In this document: piece after piece, positions 46,999-49,818 of the stretch | Numbering within the stretch: position 1 is the first letter of the stretch | Layout of the letters: every line of letters begins with the position of its first letter | Assembly (NCBI RefSeq): GCF_013004595.1 | Contig: NZ_JABEMC010000003.1 | Coordinates: 372,001-421,818, forward strand | Direction of reading: 5' to 3' | Length of the DNA stretch: 49,818 bases | DNA from: Brevibacterium luteolum | GTDB lineage: Bacteria; Actinomycetota; Actinomycetes; Actinomycetales; Brevibacteriaceae | The notes under the pieces: generated by a model | The model's database searches: none | Seen by the model: the letters and a program-made list of their open reading frames with translations, nothing else | What the model was told of the DNA's origin: nothing | Position numbers and translations under genes: made by a program

Positions 46999-49677
46999 TC
47001 AGTGGGCGGCGTCCTGCCAGGACCGGCCGACGCCGATGTTGACGTCGAGTGGGACTGAGAGCTCAGCGGCCTGTCCCATCGTCGTGCGCAGCACCTCGCT
47101 GACGGCCTCGCGCTCTCCGCCGGCAAGTTCGACGATGATCTCATCGTGGACCTGCAGCAGCATCCGGCTCTTGAGGTCGGAGGCGGCGAAGGCATCGCGC
47201 AGGTTGAGCATTGCGATCTTCATGATGTCGGCAGCCGAGCCCTGGATCGGGGCGTTGAGGGCGGCGCGCTCGGCCATCTCGCGAATCTGCCGGTTCGAGC
47301 TGCCGAGTTCTGGCAGGTAGCGGCGCCGGCCGTACATCGTCTCGGTGTAGCCGCGGCCGCGGGCCTCGGCGACGATCTCATCGAGGTAGTCCTTGACCGC
47401 GCCGAAGCGCTCGAAGTAGCCCTCCATGAGCCCGCGGGCCTCTTCGACGGAGATCCGCAGCTGGCGTGAGAGCCCGAAGGCCGACAGTCCGTAGACGAGT
47501 CCGTAGGACATCGCCTTGACCTTCGCGCGCATCTCCGCGCTGACCTCGTCGACGCCGACGTTGAAGACCTTCGAACCGACGTAGGAGTGCAGGTCCTCAC
47601 CGGCGTTGAACGCAGCGATGAGGCTCTCATCACCGGACAGGTGGGCCATGATCCGCATCTCGATCTGCGAGTAGTCCGCGGAGATGAGGTCTGTGTAGCC
47701 GGCATCGGCTTCGGAGACGAAGACATGCCGGATCCGCCGGCCGGCCTCGGTGCGCACCGGGATGTTCTGCAGGTTCGGATCCGTCGAGGACAGCCGGCCG
47801 GTGGCGGCGATCGTCTGCTGGTAGACGGTGTGGATCCGGCCGTCGTCGGCGACCATCCGCTCGAGCCCGGCGACGGTCTGCTTGAGCTTGATGACGTCGC
47901 GGTGGGCGAGCAGGTGTTCGAGGAACGGGTGCTCGCTCTTGATGTAGAGGTCGGCCAGTGCCTCGGCGTTCGTTGTGTAGCCGGTGCGGGTCTTGCGGGT
48001 CTTGGGCAGGTCGAGCTCTTCGAACAGCACCACCTGCAGCTGCTTGGGCGAGTTGAGGTTGACCTCGTGGCCGATCGCCTCGTACGCCTGCTGCGCGCAG
48101 GTCTCGGCCTGCCGGGTGAATTCGTCGATGAGGTCGGAGAGCTCGCTGCGGTCGATGGCGATGCCGGTGTGCTCCATATCGGCAAGCACCTGCACGAGCG
48201 GCACCTCGATCTCACGCAGCACCCCTGCCATGCCGGCAGAGTCAATCTCTGCGGTGAGCACCGGTGCGAGCCAGGCGATCGCGGCAGCGGCCTGTCCGAA
48301 GGCGGTGAGCCGTTCATTGCCGTCGTCGAGGTCGAGGGCGAGCTGCCCCTCATCGGAGGGTTCGGCCAGGGAGATCCCGCAGTGCGTGCCGGCAAGGTCG
48401 GCGAGGTCGTAGGAGCGGGCACCGGGTTCGAGGAGGTAGCCGGCGATCTCGGTGTCGATGGCCAGGCGCACATCGTGGTAGCCGGCATCGGCCAGTGCTT
48501 TGAGCTGGGTCTTCGCGCCGTGGAAGGCCAGGCTCAGGTGCGAGGTCAGAAACTCTGAGAGCGCTTCGACGGCACCCGGGTCGAGGGTCGTGAGGTCGAA
48601 CGCGATGGCACTGTCCTCGGTGGCCAAGCCGATGACGTCGACGCTGCCGGAGCCGAGCTCATAGGTGCCGTTCGTCGCTACGGCGACGAGCGCCTCGGCG
48701 TCGGTGCCCTGCAGCCATTCCACGAGAGCGTCACTGTCGGCGACCGCTGCCTCGGGCAGGGAGCTCGCCGGCGCCTCGGCGGGGGTCTCATCCTGGCCGA
48801 CGAGGGCGTCGAGGCGGGCGCCGAGCTGCCGGAACTCCAGCTGGTCGAACAGTTCGCTCACGGCCGGACGGTCGACGCCGGTCCAGGTGACGTCGTCGAT
48901 GGCGACGGGCAGCTCGAGGTCGTCGATGAGCTTATTCAGCCGGTAGTTGCGTTCGACGTCGTCGAGGTGCTCGCGCAGGTTGCCGCCGACCTTGCCGCCG
49001 ATGTCCTCGGCGTTGTCGATGACGGCAGGCAGGTCGCCGTACTTGACCAGCCATTTCGCTGCGGTCTTATCACCGACGCCGGGCACGCCGGGCAGGTTGT
49101 CGGCCTTCTCTCCGACGAGAGCGGCCAGCCCGCGGTAGTTGGCGGGTGTGACGCCGTACTTTTCCTCGATCGCGGCAGGAGTCATGCGGCTGAGGTCGGA
49201 GACCCCGCGCTTGGGGTAGAGGATCGTGACGCCGTCGCGGGCGAGCTGGAAGGAGTCCTTGTCACCGGTGATGATGTACGTGTCGATGCCGGCATGCTCC
49301 CCCTGCTGGGCGAGCGTGGCGAGCACGTCGTCGGCTTCGTAGTTCTCCTTCGTCACGACCGCGATGTTCATCGCCGCCAGCACGTCCTTGATGATCTCGA
49401 CCTGGCCGTGGAACTCGTCCGGGGTCTTCGCACGGCCGGCCTTGTACTCGCTGTACTCGGCGAGCCGGAAGGTCTCGCGGCCGAGGTCGAAGGCCACCGC
49501 GATGTGACTCGGCGCCTCCTCGCGGCAGACGTTGAGCAGCATGGACACGAAGCCGAACACGGCGTTCGTCGACTGCCCGGTGGTCGTCGAGAAGTTCTCC
49601 ACCGGCAGCGCGTAGAACGCGCGGTAGGCAAGGGAGTGTCCGTCGATGAGAAGGAGTTTCTGGCTCTGTTCGCTCAC
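46999..49677 (-). CDS. polA: DNA polymerase I
   Basis: DGHSLAYRAFYA (5'-3' exonuclease), TGRLSS.DPNLQNIP, ADYSQIEMR, LLQVHDE. Confidence 0.98.
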   Translation of the reverse strand: MSEQSQKLLLIDGHSLAYRAFYALPVENFSTTTGQSTNAVFGFVSMLLNVCREEAPSHIAVAFDLGRETFRLAEYSEYKAGRAKTPDEFHGQVEIIKDVLAAMNIAVVTKENYEADDVLATLAQQGEHAGIDTYIITGDKDSFQLARDGVTILYPKRGVSDLSRMTPAAIEEKYGVTPANYRGLAALVGEKADNLPGVPGVGDKTAAKWLVKYGDLPAVIDNAEDIGGKVGGNLREHLDDVERNYRLNKLIDDLELPVAIDDVTWTGVDRPAVSELFDQLEFRQLGARLDALVGQDETPAEAPASSLPEAAVADSDALVEWLQGTDAEALVAVATNGTYELGSGSVDVIGLATEDSAIAFDLTTLDPGAVEALSEFLTSHLSLAFHGAKTQLKALADAGYHDVRLAIDTEIAGYLLEPGARSYDLADLAGTHCGISLAEPSDEGQLALDLDDGNERLTAFGQAAAAIAWLAPVLTAEIDSAGMAGVLREIEVPLVQVLADMEHTGIAIDRSELSDLIDEFTRQAETCAQQAYEAIGHEVNLNSPKQLQVVLFEELDLPKTRKTRTGYTTNAEALADLYIKSEHPFLEHLLAHRDVIKLKQTVAGLERMVADDGRIHTVYQQTIAATGRLSSTDPNLQNIPVRTEAGRRIRHVFVSEADAGYTDLISADYSQIEMRIMAHLSGDESLIAAFNAGEDLHSYVGSKVFNVGVDEVSAEMRAKVKAMSYGLVYGLSAFGLSRQLRISVEEARGLMEGYFERFGAVKDYLDEIVAEARGRGYTETMYGRRRYLPELGSSNRQIREMAERAALNAPIQGSAADIMKIAMLNLRDAFAASDLKSRMLLQVHDEIIVELAGGEREAVSEVLRTTMGQAAELSVPLDVNIGVGRSWQDAAH

Positions 49678-49691
49678 CCTGCAAGCCTAGC

Positions 49692-49818
49692 TGTACTTCC
49701 TCGGGAGGTTGTGATCGGGATTTGAGGTGAAAGAAGACCTCCGATATCGAAGTGGGTAACCACACTCACTCGAACCGGAGGTCTTCCATGACTCACCGTA
49801 ATGCACCGATGACCGTCG
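49692..49818 (+). mobile_element. IS481-family insertion sequence, left end; truncated by the window edge
   Basis: Begins TGTACTTCC (5'-TGT terminus) right after cCTAGc (NCTAGN-type target); internal inverted repeat over the SD; transposase-like start follows. Confidence 0.75.
49788..49818 (+). CDS. IS481-family transposase, first 10 codons only
   Basis: GGAGG SD then MTHRNAPMTV, resembling the M-x-H-x-N-A-x-L-T start of IS481 transposases. Confidence 0.7.
   Translation, partial: MTHRNAPMTV

Overview
High-GC actinobacterial core-chromosome segment (gene content and order fit Micrococcales, possibly Brevibacterium-like; this is inference). In order: 5' end of fabG, DUF3099 / small Cys-His protein / SURF1, ABC-F ATPase and RNase HI, a neutral zinc metallopeptidase, the complete sufR-sufB-sufD-Rieske-sufC-sufS-sufU-sufT operon, an ABC-2 exporter with heme A synthase, a CYTH-CHAD protein, heme O synthase, tkt-tal-pgi, gap-pgk-tpiA-secG, uvrA-uvrC-rapZ-yvcK-whiA, a DEAD/DEAH helicase, YciI, TerC with a yybP-ykoY riboswitch, uvrB, OsmC, coaE-GrpB, a GT-C-like membrane protein, rpsA, a SAM methyltransferase, polA, and the left end of an IS481-family element at the right edge. 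The window is mostly housekeeping; I see no CRISPR array, prophage, tRNA/rRNA or evident new defence system. The observations most worth checking are an RNase HI with a ribbon-helix-helix-like C-terminal domain coupled to an ABC-F gene, an IS481-like insertion directly against the polA -10 box, PafBC/RecA-NDp-type promoters at uvrA and uvrB, the absence of zwf-opcA-pgl after pgi, and an uncharacterised GT-C-like gene behind rpsA. All family calls come from motif recognition and synteny, not database searches.
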